Below, in pieces: positions 26,387 to 38,900 of a stretch of 64,000 nucleotides of DNA. The stretch comes from Octopus sinensis (Eukaryota). The stretch's first letter is position 1. The number at the start of each line of letters is the position of its first letter. The stretch spans positions 10,850,001 through 10,914,000 of the forward strand of contig NC_043026.1 of assembly GCF_006345805.1 (NCBI RefSeq). Direction: 5' to 3'. The position numbers and the translations under genes were made by a program. The notes below the pieces were generated by a model. The model had not been told where the DNA came from and did no database searches. It worked only from the letters and a program-made list of their open reading frames with translations.

Positions 26387-29082
26387 CACAAAGAACCCAC
26401 TCCTCTCTCTTTCTCGATCTGTCACTCACACTCAGCGATACACGCACGCGCACACATACATTCACACTCACTCACACACATCCATCTGCGCGCGCTCTGT
26501 GCCGTTTAACTACGGAAGCCACTAATCCCAATTTTTCACGTCCGTATTTGCAATTTTCATTGCCGGACATATTCGTTTTTTTTTTTTTTTCTCTTCATCC
26601 TTTTGTCTTGTCTGTTCCTTCCTTCTTCACTACGTTTATCCTTTACACCTACATCCAACATTTATACTCTCCACTATAACACACTGAAACCAGAATTCCG
26701 TATTTTTCTCTCTAAATTAATCTGAACTTCTAAAAACTACCCCTACCATCTCATACACATATACCCACTCGCGCGCGCATTATGTTTTGCCCTTTTTATT
26801 TGAAATCTATCTAAAGAGCCCCTTAAGGCTCATGGAGTTCCACTTTGCCCATCTATTATAACGCGGGAGCCTCTACGTGGTCGCGCGACCTTCTAGAAAA
26901 AGCAGCCAAATTTCCCCTTCCATATTACTATATAAGACACAAAATTGCAGGTGTAATCTTCGGTATACGATGACTGAATACAAAATGTAATGGTCATGGT
27001 TGGAACGCTTTGTTCACGGGATTGTTCGTTCAATGCTGTCTGCAGGCTGGGTGCCGAATTAATATACTACATACACTCAATAATCGATGGAGTGGTCGTG
27101 GCCAGAACACCTATTACATAGTGTGTATATGTTTAATCGCGCGCACACGCACACACACTATTTTGTTCCCTTTATTTGAAATCCATCTTAATAGTCCCTC
27201 GGTCTTTTGGAGTTCCACCCGACCTTTCAGTTTTAACATCGATGCCCCTACGTGGTCTCGCGACCTCCTAGAAATGGCAGCCGAATTCTCCTTCGAACTC
27301 ACCATATATGACCAATGTTGGTAGTCATACACGCACACACAAACATAAGATGGCGGTATAATCTTTGATACGCTGTGACTGAATAGAAAATGGGATGGTT
27401 ACGGCTGGAACACCTGAAAACATCTTTGGAAAGACTTCTTCCAGCCCCCCCCCCTATTTTCTCCCAAATTTTCTTTTTTTTTTTTTTGCCAAATACCCCC
27501 CGTTTTCGGATACGGAGATTCCGGAAAATTGCCAAAAATCGGCGTTTAAAAATTTCGCCCCCTTCCTTCCTTCCCCCTAATTTCTTCATTTTTGACTTTT
27601 TTCCCCAACCCTAAAATCCTAACCCTAACCCCCTAACCTTAAGTACAAAAATTTTTGGAAATTCTTTTCAGAATCATAATCTCCGTATTTTTCCGCATAT
27701 TTTTTTTGGGGAAAAAAAAATTCTGAAAAAAGTAGCCATGTACTGCGAGGAGAGGGGGAGGTAATTTTTTTTTTATATAAATTGAAATTTTACAAAAGTT
27801 TTGGAAATATTTTCAGAATCATAATCTCCATATTTTCCCACATATTTTGAAATAGAAAAAATTCTGAAAAAAAAAAAAAAAAAAATTGGAGGAAGGGGCA
27901 ATTTCAAAATGCTGATCTTTGCCAATTTTTTTGGCAGATTTGTATTCTCCATAGCCGAAAAAAAAAAAAATTAAAAATGGGTTTTTTTTTGGGATGTACA
28001 AAAGGAAGTCTTGCCTTTTCAACCACATGGTTCCAGGTTTAGTCTCATTCCATGGCACTTTGGACAAGTGCCTTCTGCTATATCCCTGAGCTGGCCAAAC
28101 AGTGTAGTCCAAGATACACTCAGTCTGAATAATCGATGGGATGGTCACAGTTGGAATATCTTTGATCGTAGTTCTGCTGGCAACAAAAAATCCGTATGGT
28201 GTACCCAGTGTAAGCTATGGACACAAGAGGTGCAGTGAAACCTCAGGAAAGTTAACAGAAAGCAGAATTTGCTTTTGGCAGATGCACAGGTTCAATAAAC
28301 ACCAACAATATACAGGTAATAGACTTCCTCAAATGTAGGCGGCCAAGTTAGCAGTGGAGGAGGATGCTCTGAAAGTGTAGATGCTAGAATAAGAACAAGC
28401 TGGGCAAAATTCAGAGAGTTACTACATTTGTTGGTAACAAAGGGCCTTTCCTTCAGAGTGAAGGGCTGATTGTGTACGTACAGTTATACTACATGGCTGT
28501 GAAACATGGGCCGTGGCTGCAGAGAATATGTGAAGGTTTGAAAGAAATGAAGCCAGCATGTTCTGCTGGTTGTGCAATGTTAGTATGCCTGTCCAACAAC
28601 AACAATGGTGTAAATATGTTGAGAAAAATTGGGTATAAGAAGCATCAGATGTAGTTTGCAAGAGAGAAGACTGCACTAGTATGGTCATGTATGAAGAAGT
28701 GTCAGTCTGTAATTGTGGAGGGAACTGGTGGAAAGGGTAGATCCAAGAAGGCCTGAGGATGAAGTGATGAGGAATGATCTTCTGATGTTGAGCCTAGAGA
28801 TGGCAAAGGATTATTGGGGATTTACTCTGCTTGAGAAAACTTGCATGGCTAAGTAAAATCCAGGACATTAAAAATCGAAAGAAAAAATAAACAGCTCTTA
28901 TAAAAAATAAAAATATAGGCGCAGGAGTGGCTGTGTGGTAAGTAGCTTGCTAACCAACCACATGGTTCCGGGTTCAGTCCCACTGCGTGGCATCTTGGGC
29001 AAATGTCTTCTGCTATAGCCCCGGGGCGACCAATGCCTTGTCAGTGGATTTGGTAGACAGAAACTGAAAGAAGCCCGTCGTA

Positions 29083-29125
<43 letters not shown>

Positions 29126-32100
29126 TTGTGTGTCTGTGTTTGTCCCCCTAGCATTGCTTGACAACTGATGCTGGTGTGTTTACATCCCCGTCACGTAGCG
29201 GTTCGGCAAAAAGAGACCGATAGAATAAGTACAAGGCTTACAAAGAATAAGTCCCGGGGTTGATTTGCTCGACTAAAGGCGGTGCTCCAGCATGGCCGCA
29301 GTCAAATGACTGAAACAAGTGAAAGAGAGAAAGAGAGCTTTGCAAGTTTAATGAAGTGTTTATTGAACAAGAGAGGTGCGAAATTTAAGAAGCGGCTTGT
29401 TAGCATGGGTGGGAAATGGGGTTGTAGGGAAGGGGGTGTGGACATAAAATGTTTGTTTTAGCAGGTTACCAAACTATCAGTTTAATCTCCCAGCTAAAAC
29501 GGTAATGACAAATTTTAAAGTTTGCTTGACATTTTATAAATTTGAAAGGGATTAAAAATTTGATGTTCCATATCAAAGGTTCCAACAAGAATAGGCAGAA
29601 AATCAGAGCTTGGGGTAAGACACTTTTGACCAATCAGGATTCTGTTTATATAAGCAGTTTGATTGGTCACCTTCCTGTCGGTTGAGTAAAGTGTCATCCA
29701 AGCTGATGTTTATTGGTAATTCAACTTATTTTGCAACACTTGTGTGTATTTATCAGCCTTGTTTTTGTTGATAAGAATTATCAACAACTTTTCCTGTGAT
29801 TTTGATTTGAGAAGACAGAAGTATGCTAAAGATCGGGCATAAACTCACTGAAATGCAGACCTGTAGATGTATTTATCTTCTTCGAAACAGTTCCGTTTGT
29901 ATTCTTCCCTGAAACATTTTTGCTTTTGTTTGTCTTCTAGGTGACATTGGCAATTACTATTATGGGCAGGGACATCCGATGAAACCTCACCGTATACGCA
30001 TGACCCACAACCTGATTCTCAATTATGGCCTCTATAGAAAAATGGAAATATATGTGAGTATTATTTCATTTCATTTTCACCTATCCATCTCTGACCGCTG
30101 TTCCTGAAAGGTTCACAAGGATAGTCCTCAAGCACCTCCCCCATATAAAGCAAGTGTCGTTACACTTTCTGGTGGTGTTCTCAAGTCTTGCGCAATGAGA
30201 TCCAACCACCTCATTCTTGGTCCATTCTTAGGTGTTTTCTGCATATTGGCTTGGCTTGAAGAATTTGTCTTGCAGTTCTTTCCTGCAACATTCTAATCAT
30301 GTCAGTAGCACCACACCTGTGAGAAGTAGTGGCTCAACTTGGAGAGACTCCCCAATCTCTCGGACCTTTAGCATTTAAAACCGGCCCTCTCTGGTTCAAA
30401 TATGCTACCTGTTTTTATTTTCTAACCACCCAAGCCCGGCCCAGCTCAGCCTATCACACCTACCCTTAAATATCATTATAAAATATTCAATCAACAAAAT
30501 TTTAAAGCTACAAAATCATAACATCACAATGCCAGATTTTGTTGATTTTCAAGACAAGTTGCTATTAGTTTCTTTTGATGTCAGCTTACCTGGAAATAAA
30601 CAATGCAGTTAATATGAAGAATTGAAATTAATGAATGCAAGATTTCATAGCTCTAGCATCACACCTTTGCAGGCAGCCTGTGAACTTTTCAGCCCATCCT
30701 CATATATCATCATTTGTCTACTTCAGTACTGGTAAGGGTCGGACAGTTTGGCATGATCCAGCAAGCTGGGGGCTGAATCAAACTCCAGTGTAGCTTTGGC
30801 ATGGTTTCTATAGTTGGATGCCCTTCTTCAATGTCAACCACTGACAATATGTACTGGGTGCTTTTCTTGTGCGAGTGGCATTCGTCTGGTTGCCAAATAA
30901 GTTGCAAGACAGGAAAAAAATAAATTAAAAAAGGAAAGCTCCCATGTCTAATTGGGGTGAAATATTTGAGACAAGGAGGTGACTTTGTACCAGGTGTTAA
31001 AAGGGATGAGCACAGATGTCCTGCTTTAGAGAAGATGTATGGCTACTCATCATTATATAGGTGTGGGTGGGAAGAAGATAAAGATGATAGTTATAGGGTG
31101 GCTGAGGAAATCCTCGAAGCACAAGGGTAGTTTAACCCTTTAGCATTCAAACCAGCCACATTCGGCCAATATATTCTACTTCCTTTAAGTTCAAACCATC
31201 CAGATCCAGCTTATTACACATACCCTTCAATATCATTCCTAAAGTAAAGAGTTATATAGCAGAAATCTCAACAGCTATGAGATAGGACATGATAAATTCA
31301 AAACAATGGGAATAAATAAGTATTACAATTGACAGTAACACTAAGAGTTAACCCTTTCGTTACTGCATTTATTTTGAGAGGCTCTGTGTTTCTTTCAATT
31401 ACTTTAAATATAACAAAGAATTTAATAAAATAACTTGGTTATCATTAAGATAGTGTTAGGAGCATAAATTGTGACTAAAGTTTGGTGGAAGATTTTAATT
31501 CAAAACTTATGAAAACAAAACATTTGTACTCAGAGCCAGGGCCGGTTTCAGCCGGGTTGGTAACGAAAGGGCTAAGGAAGGATATGGACAGAGGACTAGT
31601 AGAGTAATTTAATGAGTGTGAGAGGAAAGCGACATGGTCAGAGAAATGGGGGATATGATTTTCCAGTTTCTATCCAACAGACTTCACTCGCAAGGTATTG
31701 GTCAACTCGTAACGATGATAGCAGACATCAACTGACAACATCCATGCTGCAAGAGTGAAGCCCAAACCATATTCCAAAACAAACCATCACAAGCACATAT
31801 CTATCCTCCATGCTTGCCCCTATGCTTTATCAAAACTAATCTTGTTCGTTTGTGTTGTTTGCAATGTTTCAGAGACCCCACAAGGCAATCCAGGAAGAAA
31901 TGACAAAATTCCACAGCGATGATTATATCAAATTTTTAAGAAGCATTCGACCAGACAATATGTCTGAATATAACAAACAGATGCAACGCTGTAAGTTGGG
32001 TTTTTTTTTTGCCTCTCTCCGTCCCCTGGTTTAACTGTGTCTCCTTTGTTGTTTTGCCCAGCCTTTCATCTCTTCCTCTGTCCACTATTTACTATTTTGT

Positions 32101-32909
32101 CCCCTCTTGCTGTCTTCCGTGTCCTATTTGCTGCTGTCTCCATGTTTCATCATCATCAAGTTTATCCCCCACCATTGCTTGACAACCAGTGTTGGTTTGT
32201 TTATGTTCCCATAACTTAACGGTTCAGCAAAAGTGATTGATAAAATAAGTACCAAGCTTAAAAAAAATAAGAGCCAACCAGGCTGAAGCCTGTACCAGAC
32301 TTCTGTGACTGTTTTGGCAGGATTTTTACAGCTGGATGCCCTTCCTAACACTAACCACTCTGTTGTAATATGCTACCTCTGTTGCAATTAATTTTTAAAA
32401 TAATAAAGAATTTAGTAAAATAACTTTGCCATTATGAAGCTACTGTTTGGATCATAAATTAACTTGGTATTTTGATGGAAAGTTTTAATTGAAATCCCAA
32501 AGTGAAAGCAGTGTTGTGATCCTTATGTCTGTCTCTCTTTTTATTTTAAGTCAACGTCGGAGAAGATTGTCCTGTATTTGATGGCATGTACGAGTTCTGT
32601 CAGCTGTCCACTGGTGGATCTGTTGGTAAGTTCACACATTCGTTTATCTCTCTTGCTCGCCTATACATATTGTTTTGTTCTTTGAGTGCTGCATTAAAGG
32701 GCTTTAGTCGAAATGTTAAGAACAATCTTAAACATAGAGATGTAGGTGTGGCTGTGTGGTAAGTAGCTTGCTTCCCAATCACATGGTTCCGAGTTCGGTC
32801 CCACTGCATGGCACCTTGGGCAAGTGTCTTCTACCATAGCCTTGAACCAACCAAAGCCCTGTGAGTGCATTTGGTAGATGGAAACTGAAAGAAGCCTGTC
32901 ATATATATG

Positions 32910-32944
<35 letters not shown>

Positions 32945-35900
32945 TAGTGTTTCTTCCCTCACCATTTCTTGACAACCAATGTTGGTGTGTTTGCGTCCCT
33001 GTAACTTGGCAGTTTGACAAAAGAAACTGGTTATATAAGTACCAGGCTTACAAAAATAAGTCCAGGGGTTGTTAGCTTTGACTAAAAGGCGGTGCTTCAA
33101 CACGGCCTCAGTGAAACAAAAGAATATGTTAGAGAACTCGTCTCACCAGGAAACAGCTGTATATAGATCTCCTGCCTGTTCCCACCTTTATAAGGCAAAG
33201 GCACTTTGCAGTAACATTGTCGGTGAGCTAAAGCAAGACCTAGCAAATGGCTTACTGCTTTGGATGCCAAAGCATAGCCATACTTCTGCTGGTTGTCTGA
33301 ACACGGCATACATACAAAACTCACTGGAGAAACTGGATGCCTCCCTGAAGACCTCCCTCAACTACTTATTAAGGTTATTGCTAAAGAAATTATAGCCAGC
33401 ACTGATTTTGTTAGGTTTTATATCTGGGTACACCTGAAGTATGGCATATATACCTGTCATCCATTTTTCACCTTTGATCTTGTTGTTTATATTAGGTGTA
33501 CGTGGATATGAAACATCATAACAAAACCTGTGCTGGCTAAAATTTTTACAGAAAATCTATAGAGACAACCTTAACCAGTGATGTAATAGCATTGCTAACA
33601 CAGTAATGGCTTATAAAAATGTTTAACATACTTGTATATCATGGTTGCATAATGAAATACAGTGTCCCTACCAGTCATTAATATTCCTTCAAGTAGTTCA
33701 AGACTAAGATGGTTGGCATGCATAAGTTAGAAATACCTGAGCAAGCTTGATGGTAAGTAGCTTGCTTACCAACCATATGGTTCCGGGTTCAGTCCCACTG
33801 CGTGGCATCTTGGGCAAGTGTCTTCTGCTATAGCCCCGGGCCGACCAAAGCCTTGTGAGTGGATTTGGTAGACGGAAACTGAAAGAAGCCTGTCGTATAT
33901 ATGTATGTGTTTGTGTGTCTGTGTTTGTCTCCCCAACATCGCTTGACAACCAATGCTGGTGTGTTTACGTCCCCGTCACTTAGCGGTTCGGCAAAAGAGA
34001 CCGATAGAATAAGTACTGGGCTTACAAAAGAATATGTCCCGGGGTTGATTTGCTCGACTAAAAGCGGTGCTCCAGCATGGCCGCAGTCAAACAAGTAAAA
34101 GAGTAAAGAGTAAGAGTATATGATCAGGATTATTTATTTCTAACATTGTCTTGTACGCAATCTAACTTGAGTATTTCCTTTCCCAGAATTGGTGGCTTTG
34201 ATTTCAGGTAAATCTTCAAAAATTACTATGGAATTCTCTAAGTCAAAAACCCCACAGATGCATTGCCTGATTCAAAATTTGATTTTTTAAAAAAATATTT
34301 TAACTACTCTTTAGGATAAATAGTTGTTTCTAAATGCCTAAACTCTTTCAACAGACTGGACTTGGCTAATGATGCCCAAGAACGAGATGGTAGTGATAAA
34401 CTGGGTGGGAACAGAGCAGACTCTGCTAATAATACCCAAGGATGAGGTGGTGGTGTTGAACTGGGTGGGAACAGAGTGGACTCTGCTAATAATACCCAAG
34501 GATGAGGTGGTGGTGTTGAACTGGGTGGCAAGTTAATTCTCTGGATTTGAAGATTCTGTAGGGTAAATGCTTGTTGAGTCTGTTTCTAAATATTTCTCCC
34601 CTGTTGTATTTGAACCTGTGCACTGTTTGTTTTGCAGCGGGTGCAGTCAAACTGAACAAACAAGCTGCAGATATTGCAGTCAACTGGGCAGGAGGTTTGC
34701 ATCATGCGAAAAAATCTGAAGCATCTGGTTTCTGTTATGTGAATGATATCGTCCTGGCCATCCTGGAGTTGCTGAAGTAAGTGGCACTTTGTATACTGTC
34801 TGTCTTTGAGTGTGAGTGAAGTTGGTTTAATCAGAGAAATAGGGGGCAGGAAGAATTCTTTGGTTTGATGGAGAGAGTTTTGTTGAGTTATTTGTGTTTC
34901 ATATGAGAGGCGGGGGGGAATTTGGTAGATTAAAACTGAAAGAAGTTTATCCCCCACCATTGCTTGACAACCAGTGTTGGTTTGTTTATGTTCCCATAAC
35001 TTTGTGGTTCAGCAAAAGTGACTGATAAAATAAGTACCAGGCTTTAAAAAAAAATAAGTCCTGGGATCAATTCATTTGACTAAATTTCTTCCAGGTGCTG
35101 CCCCAGCTTGGTCATAGCCTAATGACTGAAACAAATAAAAGAATCATCATCATTTAGCATCCGCTTTCCATGCTGGCATGGGTTGGATGGTTCGACCGGG
35201 GATCTGGGAAGCCAGAAGGCTGCACCAGGCCCAGTCTGATCTGGCAATGTTTCTACGGCTGGATGCCCTTCCTAACGCCAACCACTCCGTGAGTGTAGTG
35301 GGTGCTTTTTACGTGCCACCGGCACAGGAGTCAGATGGGGTTGGCAAACGGCCACAGTCGGATGGTGCTTTTTACATGCCACCAACACGGGGACCAGACG
35401 AGGCTGGCAACGGCCACGATTGGATGGTGCTTTTTACGGGCCACTGGCACTGTTACGTGCCACATACTTATAATCAGGAGTGTAGCTTGGGTGGGGAAGC
35501 AGTGCACTTGCCCTGGGTGCCACTTTGAGGGGGATACAATTTTGGCCAAAAATTTAAAAAAATTTTTTCATCCATACCACTCAACATTTTTCTATGTGAG
35601 TTTCCATGCCACCAGACTTTTTTTTCTTTCTGTGCGAGTTTCCACACTCTGACATTTTTTCTGTGAGTTTCCACACTCCGACATTTTTTCTGTGAGTTTC
35701 CACTTTTTGGTGAGTTGGGGGTGCAAGTTTGACACTTGCCCCGGGCGCCATCTATTTTAGCTACACCCCTGCTTGTACTACAGTATTGTTGTCCTCTAGG
35801 TGTCACCAGAGTTTTGTGTGATTCAGTATCTGTGTTGTTGTTGCTACTATATTGATGTTGTTGTTGTTGTTATGTTGCAGGTATCACCAGAGAGTTCTGT

Positions 35901-38900
35901 ATGCTGATATTGACATTCATCATGGCGACGGTGTTGAAGAGGCTTTTTACACCACAGACAGAGTGATGACTGTGTCTTTCCATAAATATGGAGAGTACTT
36001 CCCTGGAACTGGAGACCTCCGCGTATGTTGTCCTAGCAATGCCTTGCTTTCCTTATCATCATCATCGTTTAATGTCCGTTTTCCGCCCTAGCACGGGTTG
36101 GACGGTTCGACCGGGGTCTGGGAAGCCAAGTGGCTGCACCAGGCTCCAGTCTGATCTGGCAGTGTTTCTACAACTGGATGCCCTTCCTAACGCCAACCAC
36201 TCCACGAGTGTAGTGGATGCTTTTTACGTGCCACCGCCACAGGTGCCAGGGGAGTCTGGCAGCGGCCCCGATCAGTTGGTGCTTTTTACATGCCACCGGC
36301 ACAGAAGCCAGTCGAGGTGGCGCTGGCATCTCTTGTTTATTTAAGGTGGTGAGCTGGCTGAACAGTTAGCATGCCGGACGAAATGCCTAGTGGAATTTTG
36401 TCTATCTTTACATTCTGAGTTCAAATTCTGCTGTGGTCAGCTTTACCTTTCATCCTTTCAAGGTTGATAAAATAATAAGTACCAGTTGATCACTGGGATT
36501 GGTGTAGTTGACTTTTCCCCTCCACCAGTATTGCAGGTCATATGCCAAAATTTGAAACCACCATTTCATGTTTAAGGCAGTAAGCTGGCTGAATTGTTAG
36601 CATGCTGGACGAAATACTGGGTGGTATTTCGTCTGTCTTTATATTTTGAGTTCAAATTCTGCTGTGGTCAACTTTGCTTTTCATCCTTTCGAAGTTGATA
36701 AAAATAAGTAGCAGTCAAGTTCTGGGGGTGGAATCAGTGTAATTTACTATCCCCGCACTCCAAATTCCAGGCCTTGTACCTACAGCAGAAAGGATTATTT
36801 TGTTGAATGGTGACCATATAGAGATACAAGATTCTCTCACGCATAAGGTATTTTCAAGTTCTAGACAAATATAAATAAATGGAATTGTCATGTTAGGAAT
36901 ATCTTTAGCCTTTTAGCATTTAAACTGGCCGTATCAGGCCCATATATTCCGCATGTTTTACAATCAGATTGACCAAATTCGGCCCCTCACACTTACCATA
37001 AAATGTCATTCAAAAAAATATACTTATTACATCATTGAAATCTGGATCTCTTTGGCTGCACCTGTGAAAATTTTAAAATTTGGTGTATTGATGTAATTTT
37101 CCATCTTGTATCTGAGGAGCTTATTCACTTTTTCTGGAAAAATTAAAAAAAGTTAGAGAGGCTTAAAGTTTGATCATTTTTCCCCAGTCAGAAAACAGAG
37201 TTTAGAAGCTGTCATTTTGTGTGTGTGACTCCATGTGTTGTCAACTGTAAAGATATGAAATACTGGCAGAATTCTGCTTTAATCACGCCATATAACCCCT
37301 TGTAACGTTTCTATTCTTTAGAATTTTCAGAACATTTGTGCAATTCTGTATTCTACACACAAGAATTCATACAATTATGCACCCCCATCTCCAAAATAAT
37401 TGTGTGTGATTTAAGGCCCATTAGCTGTATTTTTAGTGCATCTCATGACTACCTCATACTGAATGTGTTTTAAAAACTTAATAAGCAACAAAAAGAACAT
37501 GAGGGTAAGCAGATTGATAACAGCTTGGCTTGTTACTATGGAAACAAGCACCTATGTCTGTGGCTTTCAATTGACTAAAATTACCCAACATCTGCAAACT
37601 TCAAAAGCTATTAACTCTTTATTTATTGATTTATGGCGAAAATGAATTTCATGTCACTGATTACTTTACAAAACTACATCAATAGCTCAAATATGAAATC
37701 AATTGGAACAAAAATTGAAGCAGTTGAAAAGTGGCAGCCAAAAGATCCGAAATTCAGAAGCATTGAGATAATGCAGGATTAATTCAAACCAGTTTGACAT
37801 GAGCGCTCAGAGTGCAAACCTCCGTCAAGGCAACAACACCAACATCCTCTCAACAATTAGCCAGAAATGATTTTTAAAATAAGAACGCTAAAAGTGAACC
37901 CAACTGCTCTCAAGAATCGAGTAAAAAAAAAAACAGGAAAAATAATCCAGAATTCTTGTCCGGTACCGGATCAATCCCAAAATCTAATCAGTTCATGGCA
38001 GTCATGAGGTGAAACAACCCTGAAAGTTTCATCCGAATCTATCCAGCGGTTCTTGAGATATCTTGTCCCTGGACAAATAAGCAAACACGATTGAAATCAA
38101 TACCTCCGCCTTCGTTAAAGCGGAGCTAATAAACAAGCATTATGCTCAACAGAATAATCTGATTGCTAAGGTGTTAATCCTAATCCTGTGTTGATTCCAA
38201 TCTGACTCCTATGCCCACCTCCAACTAATTCTGGAGTGTCCAATGTGTCTGTGTCTTGTGTCTAATGGTCATATGCCTGTCTGTTTGTCTCTTGCAGGAC
38301 ATTGGTGCTGGTAAAGGTAAATATTATGCAGTGAACTTCCCACTTCGAGATGGTATCGATGATGAGTCATACGAATCTATTTTTAAACCTGTAAGTACCC
38401 CTTTTTCTTTCAACTGATTCATTTCCTATCATTACCCCCTGCCCACAATGTTTAACCCTTATAGATTTACACTGGCCATATTTAATCCAAATATTCTACC
38501 TGTTTTGTGTTTGAACCGGCTAGATCATGTAAGCATCAAACATTGATGTTAAATTATGAATTGTGTGTGTGCGCATATTTTTATGTAGAGGCAATTATGC
38601 TGATAAACAAATTAGATTAAATACAATATAGTTTGGGCATAAATCACAAAATTTGTATCTATGTATAGATGAAAAACAAGAGAAAGCAAAAGCTGGAGAC
38701 TTTCAAACGATGAATATTTAAGTGCAAATATATAGATATTTATATTAATAGATTCCTCTTACTCAGTCATCATCATCATTGTTCGACTGTGGTCGAGACA
38801 ATGGAATTTACTATGCTACGCCAGACTTCACGGTCCATCATAGCATTACGGAGGTCCTGTTGCTGGATGCCTGTATCTCTGGAGATTACATCAGGGTAGG

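Noticed and set aside
27605-27640. Telomere or chromosome-fusion site
   Set aside because: Only a few imperfect CCCTAA units inside a repeat
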